Shown here piece after piece: positions 20,545-31,027 of a DNA stretch of 64,000 nt. The number at the start of each line of letters is the position of its first letter. Position 1 is the first letter of the stretch. Source of the stretch: Verrucomicrobiota bacterium (GTDB taxonomy: Bacteria > Verrucomicrobiota > Verrucomicrobiia > Opitutales > Coraliomargaritaceae); assembly GCA_039815375.1 (NCBI GenBank), contig JBCBZJ010000002.1, forward strand, positions 128,001 through 192,000, written 5' to 3'. The notes below the pieces were generated by a model. The model was not told the origin of the DNA. It searched no databases and saw only the letters and a program-made list of their open reading frames with translations. The translations under genes and the position numbers were made by a program.

Positions 20545-22479
20545 TTAACTTTTCACCAGCTTTAGGAGTTGATCCTTCTCCTCATCGTTGATGTCCGCAT
20601 CCAGTATAGCTGATTCGGCTGTTTTCGGATCTTTCTGTAGCAATTGCTGGACCGAACTTTGCATCATGTTCATTCGAGAGCTCTTATTCTCAATTGTAGA
20701 GGACCAAATCAGCGCGGAGTCCGGATCGTAACGAACGATGTTATTGACCAGTCCCTTCACCGCACTGTCCCGTTGCGGACCGGTTTCAAGTCCGGCGATC
20801 CATTCCGAAGCTGCTATCGAGTCGAATCTCATATATGTATTTGTCACGTCCTGATAAAGCTGATCCAGCTGCTCTGAATCTTCCATGATGCTCTTGCCCA
20901 GCCAGTCGACCGCTTCTTCCGGGTTCTGTTTGGAAACACTTAAAACGCACATGGAGAGGAATTCGTCGCGTTCTTCTGGGGCGACATCGGAAAGAACATA
21001 CTCCACTGCCTGCTGCATGTTCTGTCCTGCCAGAGTTTTAACTAGAGAAGTCTGTGCTTCGTTAAAGGCTTTTTCATCTTCGATGCTGTTCACCCAGGCC
21101 AGTGCCTTACCATAATCGTATGCAGCAAGATCGCCGGAAATGCGTCCGGCGATTCGCCTTTCCAGATAAACGTCATCGAGTAAATTCAGTTGTTCGATGG
21201 CCTCTTCCGGGGTATCTTTCATTATTGATTCAGCCACCGAACTGAGGACTGCCTGCCGTTCGTCTTCGAAGTCGAGTGAGTTCGCGAAATCCATGGCAGC
21301 GGCTATATCCTGATTCGCCATTTTGTTGGCGAGATTGTTGATTGCGTACATTCGGCTTCGTCCCAATGGGAGGTTAATAACGAAGTCAATCGTCCGAGCC
21401 TGATCCTCACTCATCATTTGATCGATAAAGGGACTTACACTCCTCGCAGAACCATTTGCTTCCAGCCATTCGTAGACCTGTAGTACCTCGTCGAAGCTCT
21501 TTCCTTTGATAAGCCCATAGGTGTTTATCATTCGGACCATCTGACGTCGTTTTGCGGCATCAGGCTCTGAATTGGCAATGGCTTCGGCTTCTTCAATCGT
21601 CGTAGGAAGACTTAAAGTCCCATTGAGAGAGAGCAGAGCTCTGCTAACCGAAGCATCCATAGGTAATGACTCCAGCCAAGCCTTCGCGGCTAGAGGATCT
21701 TTACCGTAAGTAGACTGAATCAGGCCGGTCAGAGCGGAAGTTTTTTGCTGCCCTGCCGGCAAATTCGAAGCAAGCAATTGCGCACGCGATGGGTCTGATT
21801 TCGCAATCCCCTTGAAAACACTCCGGTAGAGAGATTTTAGACTCTGGTCCTTTTTTAATTCAGGTTGCTGAAGCATTTGCAGAACACGTTCCGGATTGTC
21901 TTTCGATACCTCATTCAAGAAAAAACCGATTGCGATTGGGAAAGGCATGCCATCCGGAAGGTCTGGTGGATTCCGGATATAAGCCCATGCGGCATCAAAA
22001 TCCACTTTGGCCAGTTGACTCAGAGCCTTCATGCGCCGCTTCTGGCGAAAGTCGCCTTGCGGGAGTGCATCTAAATAACCAAGCATACTTTTCGGGTCGG
22101 TTTCAGCCCAGCTTTCCAAGAGCCCGTTGATAAAAGTCTGGTGCTGTTTCGCTTCCACTCCGAGCAGGCTATCGATCACGTCACCATACTCACTTATCGA
22201 TAACGATGCCATGGCGGTGTAGAGACTTGCAAGTCGCTGGCTTCGCGGCAGGCCATCCAGCGAGCTGAGCCAAGCCCCGTAGTCATCAATCTCTTCGATA
22301 AGCATCCGTGGACCGGGGTTCTCCGGGCTTCTGTCAATGGGATAGGATACAGAAACGACATCCTCAACGAGAGAGAATGGCGATGAGGCACTCTGACTAG
22401 TCTCGATCTTCTTGTGAAACAATAGATAACCTAGTCCAGTTCCGGCAAGAAGTGTGAGAATGGGAAAAAGAAACTTCAT
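20545..22479 (-). CDS. Membrane-anchored alpha-helical-repeat protein, paralogue C
   Basis: Same architecture and conserved LETGPQRDSAV.GLVNNIVRYDPDSALIWSSTIEN block. Confidence 0.8.
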   Translation of the reverse strand: MKFLFPILTLLAGTGLGYLLFHKKIETSQSASSPFSLVEDVVSVSYPIDRSPENPGPRMLIEEIDDYGAWLSSLDGLPRSQRLASLYTAMASLSISEYGDVIDSLLGVEAKQHQTFINGLLESWAETDPKSMLGYLDALPQGDFRQKRRMKALSQLAKVDFDAAWAYIRNPPDLPDGMPFPIAIGFFLNEVSKDNPERVLQMLQQPELKKDQSLKSLYRSVFKGIAKSDPSRAQLLASNLPAGQQKTSALTGLIQSTYGKDPLAAKAWLESLPMDASVSRALLSLNGTLSLPTTIEEAEAIANSEPDAAKRRQMVRMINTYGLIKGKSFDEVLQVYEWLEANGSARSVSPFIDQMMSEDQARTIDFVINLPLGRSRMYAINNLANKMANQDIAAAMDFANSLDFEDERQAVLSSVAESIMKDTPEEAIEQLNLLDDVYLERRIAGRISGDLAAYDYGKALAWVNSIEDEKAFNEAQTSLVKTLAGQNMQQAVEYVLSDVAPEERDEFLSMCVLSVSKQNPEEAVDWLGKSIMEDSEQLDQLYQDVTNTYMRFDSIAASEWIAGLETGPQRDSAVKGLVNNIVRYDPDSALIWSSTIENKSSRMNMMQSSVQQLLQKDPKTAESAILDADINDEEKDQLLKLVKS

Positions 22480-22602
22480 TTTGATGTGAGGTTATCATGG
22501 AGAATTTGTAGGATCAAGTGCTATGGATATTTAGCAATGGCTACTGACGAAACTCTACTTGCGAGAAAAGCGTAACTGATGTCTTTTCTAGATGTGTCCA
22601 AT

Positions 22603-24336
22603 ATGGAAACCATAGTTTTTGATGAGCTGTCTCGTTCGAATGTGAACTCGGCATGGGGTGCTTTGGCGATGGAGGTGTTGACTCGCCTAGGCGTGCAGAC
22701 CGTGGTTATCTCACCAGGTTCTCGCTCGACACCGCTGACTGTGGCTGCGGCGCGCAATCCGAAGCTGGAAACACTCACGTTTTTGGATGAACGCTCTGCA
22801 AGTTTTTTTGCCTTGGGAATCGCGAAGCGGACGCATCGTCCGGTTGCGCTGGTGTGCACCTCAGGTTCGGCACTAGCTAATTACATGCCGGCGATTGTGG
22901 AAGCCTCGATGAGTGGCACACCTCTGCTTTTTCTGACCGCCGACCGTCCGCCTGAGTTGCAAGACTGCAACTCGGGCCAAACGATCGACCAAGTCAAGAT
23001 CTTCGGCGAGTATGTGCGGCACTTCCACAATCTTGCAGTGCCTGAACTTGGACTTTTTGACTACCTGCGTCAGGCACTGGTGCATGGTGTCGCGCAATCG
23101 CTTCAACCAAAGCCGGGGCCTGTGCATTTGAATTTTCCGTTCCGCGATCCATTGGCTCCGACGAAGGGTGTGAAAGCGATTTGCATGGCCGAAAGCTTGG
23201 AGAGGGCGGCAACTGTCATCACTCGGCCCTGCGAGGCGGTTACTACGGTTAGCGGTTTCGATACTGTAGCCGTTGAGCGTTTGATGAGCCACCCGAGAGG
23301 TGTCATTGTTGTTGGCACCGAGAATCCACCCAGTGGCGGTAATGCTTTTGCAGATGCGGTTGCAATTTTGTCCGACAAGCTTGGCTGGCCGATCATCTCC
23401 GATGTGTTGAATCCATTGCGGAACCACGCAGTCGAGAAAGGGCTTTTGGTTACGACCTATGATGCTTTTCTGCGGGATGCTGAAACCGCCAATAGTTTAC
23501 AACCCACCGCGGTTCTCCAAATTGGGAATTTGCCGACGAGCAAGGTTGTGCGTGCCTGGCTGGCTGATGCGAATGCCAGCAATTTCCAACTCACTCGTCT
23601 AAGTGACAATACTGATCCACTTCATCGTGTGGCGACGCCACTCTACGGGGATGTGCACGCTCTCGCGGAGCTTCTGCCCGATCAGAAGTCCGATTCGGCG
23701 TGGATGGATCAATGGAAAGCAGCTGAGTCCGCCACCCGTGAAGCAATCGATGCTAAGCTCGCTGCGATGGATGGGCTGTTTGAGGGCAAGGCGGTTTGGC
23801 TGCTCTCCCAATACGCCCCGACTGGCACCTCTGTATTCCTGGCAAACAGTATGAGCGTGCGCTACGGCGAGTATTTTTGGAAGCCTGGCAATCGTGGGAT
23901 TTCGATCTACTCCAACCGGGGTGCAAATGGTATCGACGGCACGCTAAGCACCGCGATGGGTGTGGCGCATGGTAGCCGAAAAGCGATTCTGCTGGCAGGT
24001 GATTTGGCTTTCCTTCACGACAGCAACGGTCTACTTGCCGGAAGCCAAATGAGTGGAAGCTTAACTGTTGTTGTTATCAATAACCGGGGAAGTGGTATTT
24101 TCGAGTATCTGCCGATATCAGATCAGGAGGAGGTGTTTGAGACGCATTTTGCCACACCGCAGACGGTGGATTTTGAAAAGCTGTGCGCTGCGCATGGCGT
24201 GACTTACGAACGTATTCAGGATTGGGATACGTTTGAGGAAGTTGTTTCCGCGCCGCCAGACCCGGGCTTGCGCGTTCTAGAACTGAAAACAGATCGCAAA
24301 GCGGATGTTGCAACGCTACGGTCGTTGTTCGCCTAA
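22603..24336 (+). CDS. menD: SEPHCHC synthase (menaquinone biosynthesis)
   Basis: SPGSRSTPL, DERSASFFALG, CTSGSA, TADRP, NRGANGIDG, GDLAFLHD. Confidence 0.96.
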   Translation: METIVFDELSRSNVNSAWGALAMEVLTRLGVQTVVISPGSRSTPLTVAAARNPKLETLTFLDERSASFFALGIAKRTHRPVALVCTSGSALANYMPAIVEASMSGTPLLFLTADRPPELQDCNSGQTIDQVKIFGEYVRHFHNLAVPELGLFDYLRQALVHGVAQSLQPKPGPVHLNFPFRDPLAPTKGVKAICMAESLERAATVITRPCEAVTTVSGFDTVAVERLMSHPRGVIVVGTENPPSGGNAFADAVAILSDKLGWPIISDVLNPLRNHAVEKGLLVTTYDAFLRDAETANSLQPTAVLQIGNLPTSKVVRAWLADANASNFQLTRLSDNTDPLHRVATPLYGDVHALAELLPDQKSDSAWMDQWKAAESATREAIDAKLAAMDGLFEGKAVWLLSQYAPTGTSVFLANSMSVRYGEYFWKPGNRGISIYSNRGANGIDGTLSTAMGVAHGSRKAILLAGDLAFLHDSNGLLAGSQMSGSLTVVVINNRGSGIFEYLPISDQEEVFETHFATPQTVDFEKLCAAHGVTYERIQDWDTFEEVVSAPPDPGLRVLELKTDRKADVATLRSLFA

Positions 24337-24367
24337 GTTTTGCCCGAACTGCTGAAGGCAGCTGCCC

Positions 24368-24529
24368 CTAATTTGAGCGCTTCTTCTTTTTCGAAGGCTG
24401 CCTGCTAGGTCCTTTGCGGGCTTTCTTTTTCGCTTCGGTTTCGTCGCCTGTTCCGTCACGTGCTTCCCAGCGCTTCGATTCAGCCGTTCGCTGGTTGATC
24501 TTTTTGAAGTTCGCCTTGTCCCAGTCCAT
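24368..24529 (-). CDS. Small basic hypothetical protein, 53 aa (below the ORF-track cutoff)
   Basis: Hand translation MDWDKANFKKINQRTAESKRWEARDGTGDETEAKKKARKGPSRQPSKKKKRSN; fills the hisF-menD gap. Confidence 0.5.
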   Translation of the reverse strand: MDWDKANFKKINQRTAESKRWEARDGTGDETEAKKKARKGPSRQPSKKKKRSN

Positions 24530-24628
24530 TTAGGAAATTATTGCCTTAACTTTTATCGTAATCTTACTCCGTTGCGAGCTAGGTGATTGGAGTTTTGGGA
24601 ATTAGATAAAGAGTGGGTTTGAGATTTG

Positions 24629-25390
<762 letters not shown>

Positions 25391-25467
25391 GCTGTTGGTT
25401 GTTGGTTGTTTACTGCGAGCTGAGAGTGGTTGAGGACGATCAACTACCAACCATCAATTCCTGTCTG

Positions 25468-27243
25468 CTATTCGTCTGCAAATACTATGTTCGGTTCAAA
25501 CGAGAGGGCGAGGCGATACTGCTGCCCAGGGCGCATGACCAGCGGGTGGTCGCGCTCGAGAATTTGCAGGTAATGCATGTTGCCGTAATAGGTGCGAAAC
25601 TCGGGGTTGTCAGTGACGGTTTCGAGTTCTTTCCACTGTGCTTGGAAATCGTCTTTGGTGACTTCAGTGCGGTGGCCCTCGGGGCCGAGTGTAAATGAGG
25701 TGCCGACACGATAGCTGCTATGTGGTGCAGCGATGGCGAGAATGTAGCGCATCTTGTCGAGTTGCACCTGTTGTTTCACCGAGAAGCTGTATTCGCAGCT
25801 TATTTTACCGGCTTTGAAAGACCAAGTGACTTTGGAGCTGCCGAGACCGTTGACTAATTCCTCGTCCTTTGTGATTAGTTCGGGCTGGTCGTATTTGAAG
25901 TTAAGTGCGTTACGCAGACCCATGCTGGTAGTAACATTCTTACCGTAAAAAGAAGGCACGATAACCTTGTCACCAAAAGTGAGCTCCGGTTGCATGATAG
26001 GTAGATACTTGTCGACCGGCCAGTCGAAGATGCCCGGCGAATGCGGGAAGGCGAGGTAGCCGGAGGTATTTTTACCTAGCTTACTTGAAGCAATCAGAGG
26101 TAGCTGGAAGGCGAGGCCGGAGTCTGGGTCTTGGTAGACAAAAAGGCCTTGCTCCTTTTTGTGAGACTTGTCGAAACTAACATAGCGCGCGACCTTGCGT
26201 GGTGGAACAGGCTTTTCAGGTGCTGCACTGCCGCCGGTGGCACGTGCGAGGCGCGACCACTGGCAGAGGTAGCGGGCCGCATCGAAGTTCGCCATTCGTG
26301 TCGTGTGGTACGGAACAGTGCTGCGTTCATTATCACGGATGACGAGATAACCGTGCTCTTGGTCGAGGTAGGTTACGAAGAAGTTCATGAAGAGCCGGCG
26401 GACCGCGTCGACGTAAATGTCACGCTGATTACCGGTGACCCAGCCATCACGAAGTGCTTGAAGGGCTAGGCTGATACAGTGCATCTGGCCGTAGGCCCCA
26501 AGAGAACGACCGTAGGCCCAACCGGTGCCGTCCTGCCGAGCAAGATCCGGGATAAGCTTAAGGTATTTCTCAGAGTAAGTGCGGAGGCTGGGGAGCTTTC
26601 GGTCGCGAAGGTGAATATTCGCATGGAGCTGTAGGGCTTGACGAATAAAGACGAAGCTGAGCACGCCATAGATGTCGAAACATCCGCTGAGCCGCGATCC
26701 TTCGCCGCCGGCATCATCGAAGTAGCCTGTGGAGGAGCTGGCATCGATCCGCTCGAGGAAGCGGTCGATCAAGCGACCGGTTTCATCTTTCTTTGACAGG
26801 CCAAGGCTGAAACGAGTAACCGCCTTCGCGATGTTGAAGGCCTGAAAGTGGTTTTCGCAGTCGCTCCGCTCAAGAAGTAGTTTGTCGAGCTGCTCGCGTG
26901 TCGGATCCATGAGGCGCTCCCAGACCGGGTTGCGATCTTTGGCCGGGCTGAAAGAGAGGAGGCCAAGTGCAGCGTAGGCGAGGCCGTTTTCCAATTCTTC
27001 CGGAGCGAAGGCTTGAGCCGTAATAACGCGGGCGGAGAGATCGATTAGATCAAAGCTACCCAGTTGTGTTTCATTCGTGGCACGAAAATATTCGCCAATC
27101 GCGAGTGCGGCATGGCCTGGCTCGTCGAGCCGACTATCTTCCCCTGCAACGGGAGTGATGGTTCCTTGTTCTCCAATGGAACCCAAGTTTTGACCCAAAA
27201 TAGACTGGGCCATGTCGAGGCATTGATCTGCAAAATTTTCCAT
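25468..27243 (-). CDS. Hypothetical cytoplasmic protein (~591 aa)
   Basis: Long ORF with gene-like composition, ATG at 27243; no motif recognised. Confidence 0.8.
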   Translation of the reverse strand: MENFADQCLDMAQSILGQNLGSIGEQGTITPVAGEDSRLDEPGHAALAIGEYFRATNETQLGSFDLIDLSARVITAQAFAPEELENGLAYAALGLLSFSPAKDRNPVWERLMDPTREQLDKLLLERSDCENHFQAFNIAKAVTRFSLGLSKKDETGRLIDRFLERIDASSSTGYFDDAGGEGSRLSGCFDIYGVLSFVFIRQALQLHANIHLRDRKLPSLRTYSEKYLKLIPDLARQDGTGWAYGRSLGAYGQMHCISLALQALRDGWVTGNQRDIYVDAVRRLFMNFFVTYLDQEHGYLVIRDNERSTVPYHTTRMANFDAARYLCQWSRLARATGGSAAPEKPVPPRKVARYVSFDKSHKKEQGLFVYQDPDSGLAFQLPLIASSKLGKNTSGYLAFPHSPGIFDWPVDKYLPIMQPELTFGDKVIVPSFYGKNVTTSMGLRNALNFKYDQPELITKDEELVNGLGSSKVTWSFKAGKISCEYSFSVKQQVQLDKMRYILAIAAPHSSYRVGTSFTLGPEGHRTEVTKDDFQAQWKELETVTDNPEFRTYYGNMHYLQILERDHPLVMRPGQQYRLALSFEPNIVFADE

Positions 27244-27434
27244 GTTTTGGTGGCGGGCTAAGCCAAGCGCGAAACAGGCTTTGATGCGCCTGCTGGAATA
27301 GCTTGTCAATAGCTTTCAAAATGAAACAAACATGAGAGTTCTATGGCGAAATACATTGACCAGTAAGGTGCGAAGGTTTGGCTAATTTATATTAGGGAGA
27401 GCGTTTGCGCGGAATCTCCCAAAACCACCTACCT

Positions 27435-29399
27435 ATGCCCGAAGACAATACCTCAATGGAGACGGTTTCGCATGAGAGCCGAAAGTTTGAACCGCACGCC
27501 GATTTCGCTGCTAAGGCACATGTCGGTAGTGCCGAAGCCTACCTCAAGCTTTACGAAAAAAGTATTGCAGATCCAGAGAAGTTTTGGGCGGAAGCTGCCG
27601 AGGACCTGCACTGGTTCAAAAAATGGGACTCCGTGCTCGATGAATCCGATCCACCTTTTTTCAGGTGGTTTTCGGGTGCCCGCACTAATATCTGCTATAA
27701 CTGCGTGGATCGCCATCTGGACGGGCCTAATCGCAACAAGGCGGCCATTATCTGGGAGGGTGAGCCCGGTGAAACCCGAGTGCTGACCTATCAGGATGTC
27801 TATCGCGAAGTCTGTAAGTTCGCCAATGGCCTGAAACAGATTGGTATCAAGAAGGGCGACCGGGTTGCGATTTACCTGCCGATGATTCCGGAGCTCGCTT
27901 TGGCGGTGCTGGCCTGTGCTCGGATTGGCGCTGTTCATACCGTCATTTTTGCAGGCTTTTCTGCAGACTCCATTCGCGACCGGGTGAATGATTGTGGCGC
28001 AAAATGCGTTATCACAGCTGACGGCGGCTGGCGACGTGGCCGAGTGCTGCCGCTTAAGAACATCGTCGACGAAGCACTCGAAGGTGCGGAGACGGTGACT
28101 GATGTCGTGATTGTTAAACGTTCTCAGGGCGATCCGTTTCCCTGCCATGTTGTCGATGGTCGAGATCACTGGTATCATCGTCTCGTGCAGGAACAGCCGA
28201 CTGTTTGCCCCTGCGAAGAAATGGAAGCGGAGGACATGCTCTTTCTGCTTTACACTAGTGGCACGACTGGAAAGCCGAAGGGTATTATTCATACGACAGC
28301 CGGTTATATGGTCTACACCTACCTGACCGCGAAGTATATCTTCGATTTGAAACCGGAGGATGTTTACTGGTGCACAGCCGATGTCGGCTGGATTACCGGG
28401 CACAGTTATATTGTCTATGGTCCCATGCAGAGTGCTGCGACTCAGATCGTTTACGAGGGCGCTCCGGATACTCCCGATCAGGGCCGTTTCTGGGATATCG
28501 TTGAGAAATACCGCGCAACGATCTTCTACACGGCTCCTACTGCAATTCGTGCTTTTATGAAGTGGGGCGACCAATGGCTTGAGAAATACGACCTTTCGAG
28601 CCTTCGTTTGTTGGGCACAGTAGGTGAGCCGATCAATCCGGAGGCCTGGATTTGGTATCACACCAAAGTGGGTGCGGGACGTTGCCCCATTGTAGACACT
28701 TGGTGGCAAACCGAGACCGGTGGCCACATGTTGACTCCTATGCCGGGGGCGACGGCGACAAAGCCCGGCTGTGCAACTGTGCCGTTCTTTGGAATAGAAC
28801 CCGCGATTCTTACCGACGAAGGCGAAGAGGTTGAGGCCGGCATTCTCGCGATCAAGAAGCCCTGGCCTGGTATCCTTCGAGGGATATATGGTGATCCGCA
28901 GCGTTTCAAAGACACCTATTGGTGTAAGTGGGGCGGCAAATATTATTTTCCCGGAGACGGTGCACGGCGCGACGAGGATGGTTACATCTGGATTCTCGGC
29001 CGTGTCGATGACGTGGTAAACGTCTCCGGTCACCGGATCGGCACCGCCGAGCTCGAAAGCGTTTTTGTCGAACATAAGGATGTGGCTGAATCGGCCGTTG
29101 TTGGAGTCCCCCACGAAATCAAGGGGCAGGGGCTCATTGCCTTTGTGACGGTCATCCAGGGGCGCGATCACGACGACAACCTTCGCCAAGAGCTGGTTGC
29201 AATGATTGACAAGAGCATTGGCAAATTCGCTCGCCCGGAGCGTATCCTCTTCTCCAACGACCTGCCGAAGACTCGGTCCGGTAAGATCATGCGTCGTCTC
29301 CTGCGTAATATTGCTGAAGGTAGGGAGCTCGGAAATACCACCACGCTAGCGGATCCGAGTGTAGTTGAGCAATTGCAGCGTCAATACGAAGAGGCCTGA
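27435..29399 (+). CDS. acs: Acetyl-CoA synthetase
   Basis: [56 protein letters not shown]. Confidence 0.98.
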   Translation: MPEDNTSMETVSHESRKFEPHADFAAKAHVGSAEAYLKLYEKSIADPEKFWAEAAEDLHWFKKWDSVLDESDPPFFRWFSGARTNICYNCVDRHLDGPNRNKAAIIWEGEPGETRVLTYQDVYREVCKFANGLKQIGIKKGDRVAIYLPMIPELALAVLACARIGAVHTVIFAGFSADSIRDRVNDCGAKCVITADGGWRRGRVLPLKNIVDEALEGAETVTDVVIVKRSQGDPFPCHVVDGRDHWYHRLVQEQPTVCPCEEMEAEDMLFLLYTSGTTGKPKGIIHTTAGYMVYTYLTAKYIFDLKPEDVYWCTADVGWITGHSYIVYGPMQSAATQIVYEGAPDTPDQGRFWDIVEKYRATIFYTAPTAIRAFMKWGDQWLEKYDLSSLRLLGTVGEPINPEAWIWYHTKVGAGRCPIVDTWWQTETGGHMLTPMPGATATKPGCATVPFFGIEPAILTDEGEEVEAGILAIKKPWPGILRGIYGDPQRFKDTYWCKWGGKYYFPGDGARRDEDGYIWILGRVDDVVNVSGHRIGTAELESVFVEHKDVAESAVVGVPHEIKGQGLIAFVTVIQGRDHDDNLRQELVAMIDKSIGKFARPERILFSNDLPKTRSGKIMRRLLRNIAEGRELGNTTTLADPSVVEQLQRQYEEA

Positions 29400-29483
29400 T
29401 TTCAAGACCACGTATTGCAGGCCTCTGCTTTTGCAGTTGAGAGCTAGACAAACGGGCTCAAGCGGCCATCATCCCGACCTTTT

Positions 29484-30350
29484 ATGAAGATTTACATGAA
29501 CGACAGGCTAGTCGACCGGGCTGATGCGAAGGTCTCGGTCTTTGACCACGGTTTGCTCTATGGCGACGGAATATTTGAGGGAATCCGTCTCTACGACGGT
29601 TGCGTGTTCAAACTCGAAGAGCATTTGGAGCGCCTCGAGTTCTCCGCCAAGGCAATTATGTTGGATCTCCCCTGGACGCGTCAGGAAATCTCCGATGCGG
29701 TGTGCGAAACCTGCCGTGCCAATGGACTGAAGGACGGTTATATTCGCCTTGTTGTGACGCGCGGTGAGGGTAGCCTTGGACTCTCGATAAAAAATTGCGA
29801 CAAGCCGCAGCTGATTGTTATTGCTGATAAAATTCAGCTCTATCCTGAGGAATTTTACGAGAAAGGCCTTGAGATCATCACGGTTCCGACTCGGCGTATC
29901 AATCCAGCGGCACTTCCGCCCACGGTCAAATCGCTTAACTATCTGAACAACATTCTTGCTAAAATCGAGGCACAGCACCTCGGTTATCACGAGGCGATTA
30001 TGTTAAACGATCAGGGTTATGTTGCCGAATGCACGGGCGATAACGTCTTTGTCATTCAAAACGGCGAACTCATTACGCCTTCTGCAAGTGCCGGAGCCTT
30101 AAAAGGAATTACCCGTGACACCGCGCTTTCAATTTCTGACGAGCTTGGTATTCTCTGGCGCGAGGCAAACGTCACCCGCTATGACATCTGGATCGCTGAA
30201 GAGCTTTTCCTGACCGGAACTGCGGCTGAGATCATCCCGATTGTCAAGGTGGACGCTCGGCCGATTGGTGATGGAAAGCCCGGCCCGGTCACAGCAAAAT
30301 TTCTAAGGAGTTTCAGGCAGCGTGTCTCGCGCGATGGCACGATGCTTTAG
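29484..30350 (+). CDS. ilvE: Branched-chain amino acid aminotransferase
   Basis: DHGLLYGDGIFEGIR, KSLNYLNN, ECTGDNVF, LKGITR, FLTGTAAE. Confidence 0.95.
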   Translation: MKIYMNDRLVDRADAKVSVFDHGLLYGDGIFEGIRLYDGCVFKLEEHLERLEFSAKAIMLDLPWTRQEISDAVCETCRANGLKDGYIRLVVTRGEGSLGLSIKNCDKPQLIVIADKIQLYPEEFYEKGLEIITVPTRRINPAALPPTVKSLNYLNNILAKIEAQHLGYHEAIMLNDQGYVAECTGDNVFVIQNGELITPSASAGALKGITRDTALSISDELGILWREANVTRYDIWIAEELFLTGTAAEIIPIVKVDARPIGDGKPGPVTAKFLRSFRQRVSRDGTML

Positions 30351-30514
30351 ACCGTTGTAAACTGACTTTCTGGTTCGTCAGTGATGGAAATCTGGCACAG
30401 TTCGTGCCGTTAGTTGTCTAGATGTCGTAAAAGAATGAAAGTTCGCTAAGACTCTTTGCGTAATGCGCGGATAAGTTTTGCGATCTGTAGTAATACTAGT
30501 AATGTTAAAAGACT

Positions 30515-31027
30515 ATGGCTGAGAAATTGAAGTGTAGTAAATGTGACAAGGAAGCGACCGTCCACTTGACTCAAATTGTCAATAACAAGATCATTAAGGT
30601 GGATCTCTGCGAGTCTTGCGCTCAGGCACAAGGAGTTACAGATCCGGAAGGATTCTCACTTGCCGATTTACTGACCAAATCGAACGTTTCCGAACAGTCC
30701 TCTGAGCCAAATTTAAGTTGTCCAGACTGTGGACTGGATACTGCAGATTTTCGTCGCACCGGTCGTCTGGGCTGTTCGACGTGTTTTGAGGTTTTTGCTC
30801 CACTTCTGCGTCCGGTTTTAGAGGATATGCATGTTGGCACAGTCCACAAAGGCAAGGTGCCTGAAGTCGCGATCAGCCGTCAGAGTGCAAATGCCGAGCT
30901 GGAAACACTTGAAAATGCACTGGCTCGTGCAATTGTTGAAGAGGCCTATGAAGAAGCGGCCGAGTATCGCGACAAAATCCAAGTCCTGAAAAATCAATCG
31001 GTGAATTTAGAATTCAGTCAGTCATGA
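30515..31027 (+). CDS. mcsA: McsA, activator of protein-arginine kinase
   Basis: Four CxxC motifs, GRLGC, HVG..HKGKVP and C-terminal UVR motif (EEAYEEAAEYRD). Confidence 0.92.
   Translation: MAEKLKCSKCDKEATVHLTQIVNNKIIKVDLCESCAQAQGVTDPEGFSLADLLTKSNVSEQSSEPNLSCPDCGLDTADFRRTGRLGCSTCFEVFAPLLRPVLEDMHVGTVHKGKVPEVAISRQSANAELETLENALARAIVEEAYEEAAEYRDKIQVLKNQSVNLEFSQS

Noticed and set aside
16149..22479. Paralogue triplet as a CRISPR array, DGR target or assembly artefact
   Set aside because: No short repeat-spacer structure, no reverse transcriptase or adenine-specific variation noticed, and the copies are too diverged to be a misassembly.
27453..29189. 578-aa ORF antisense to acs
   Set aside because: Lies wholly opposite a highly conserved gene and has no recognisable motif; a typical shadow ORF. 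The same applies to the many shorter antisense and off-frame ORFs in the track.
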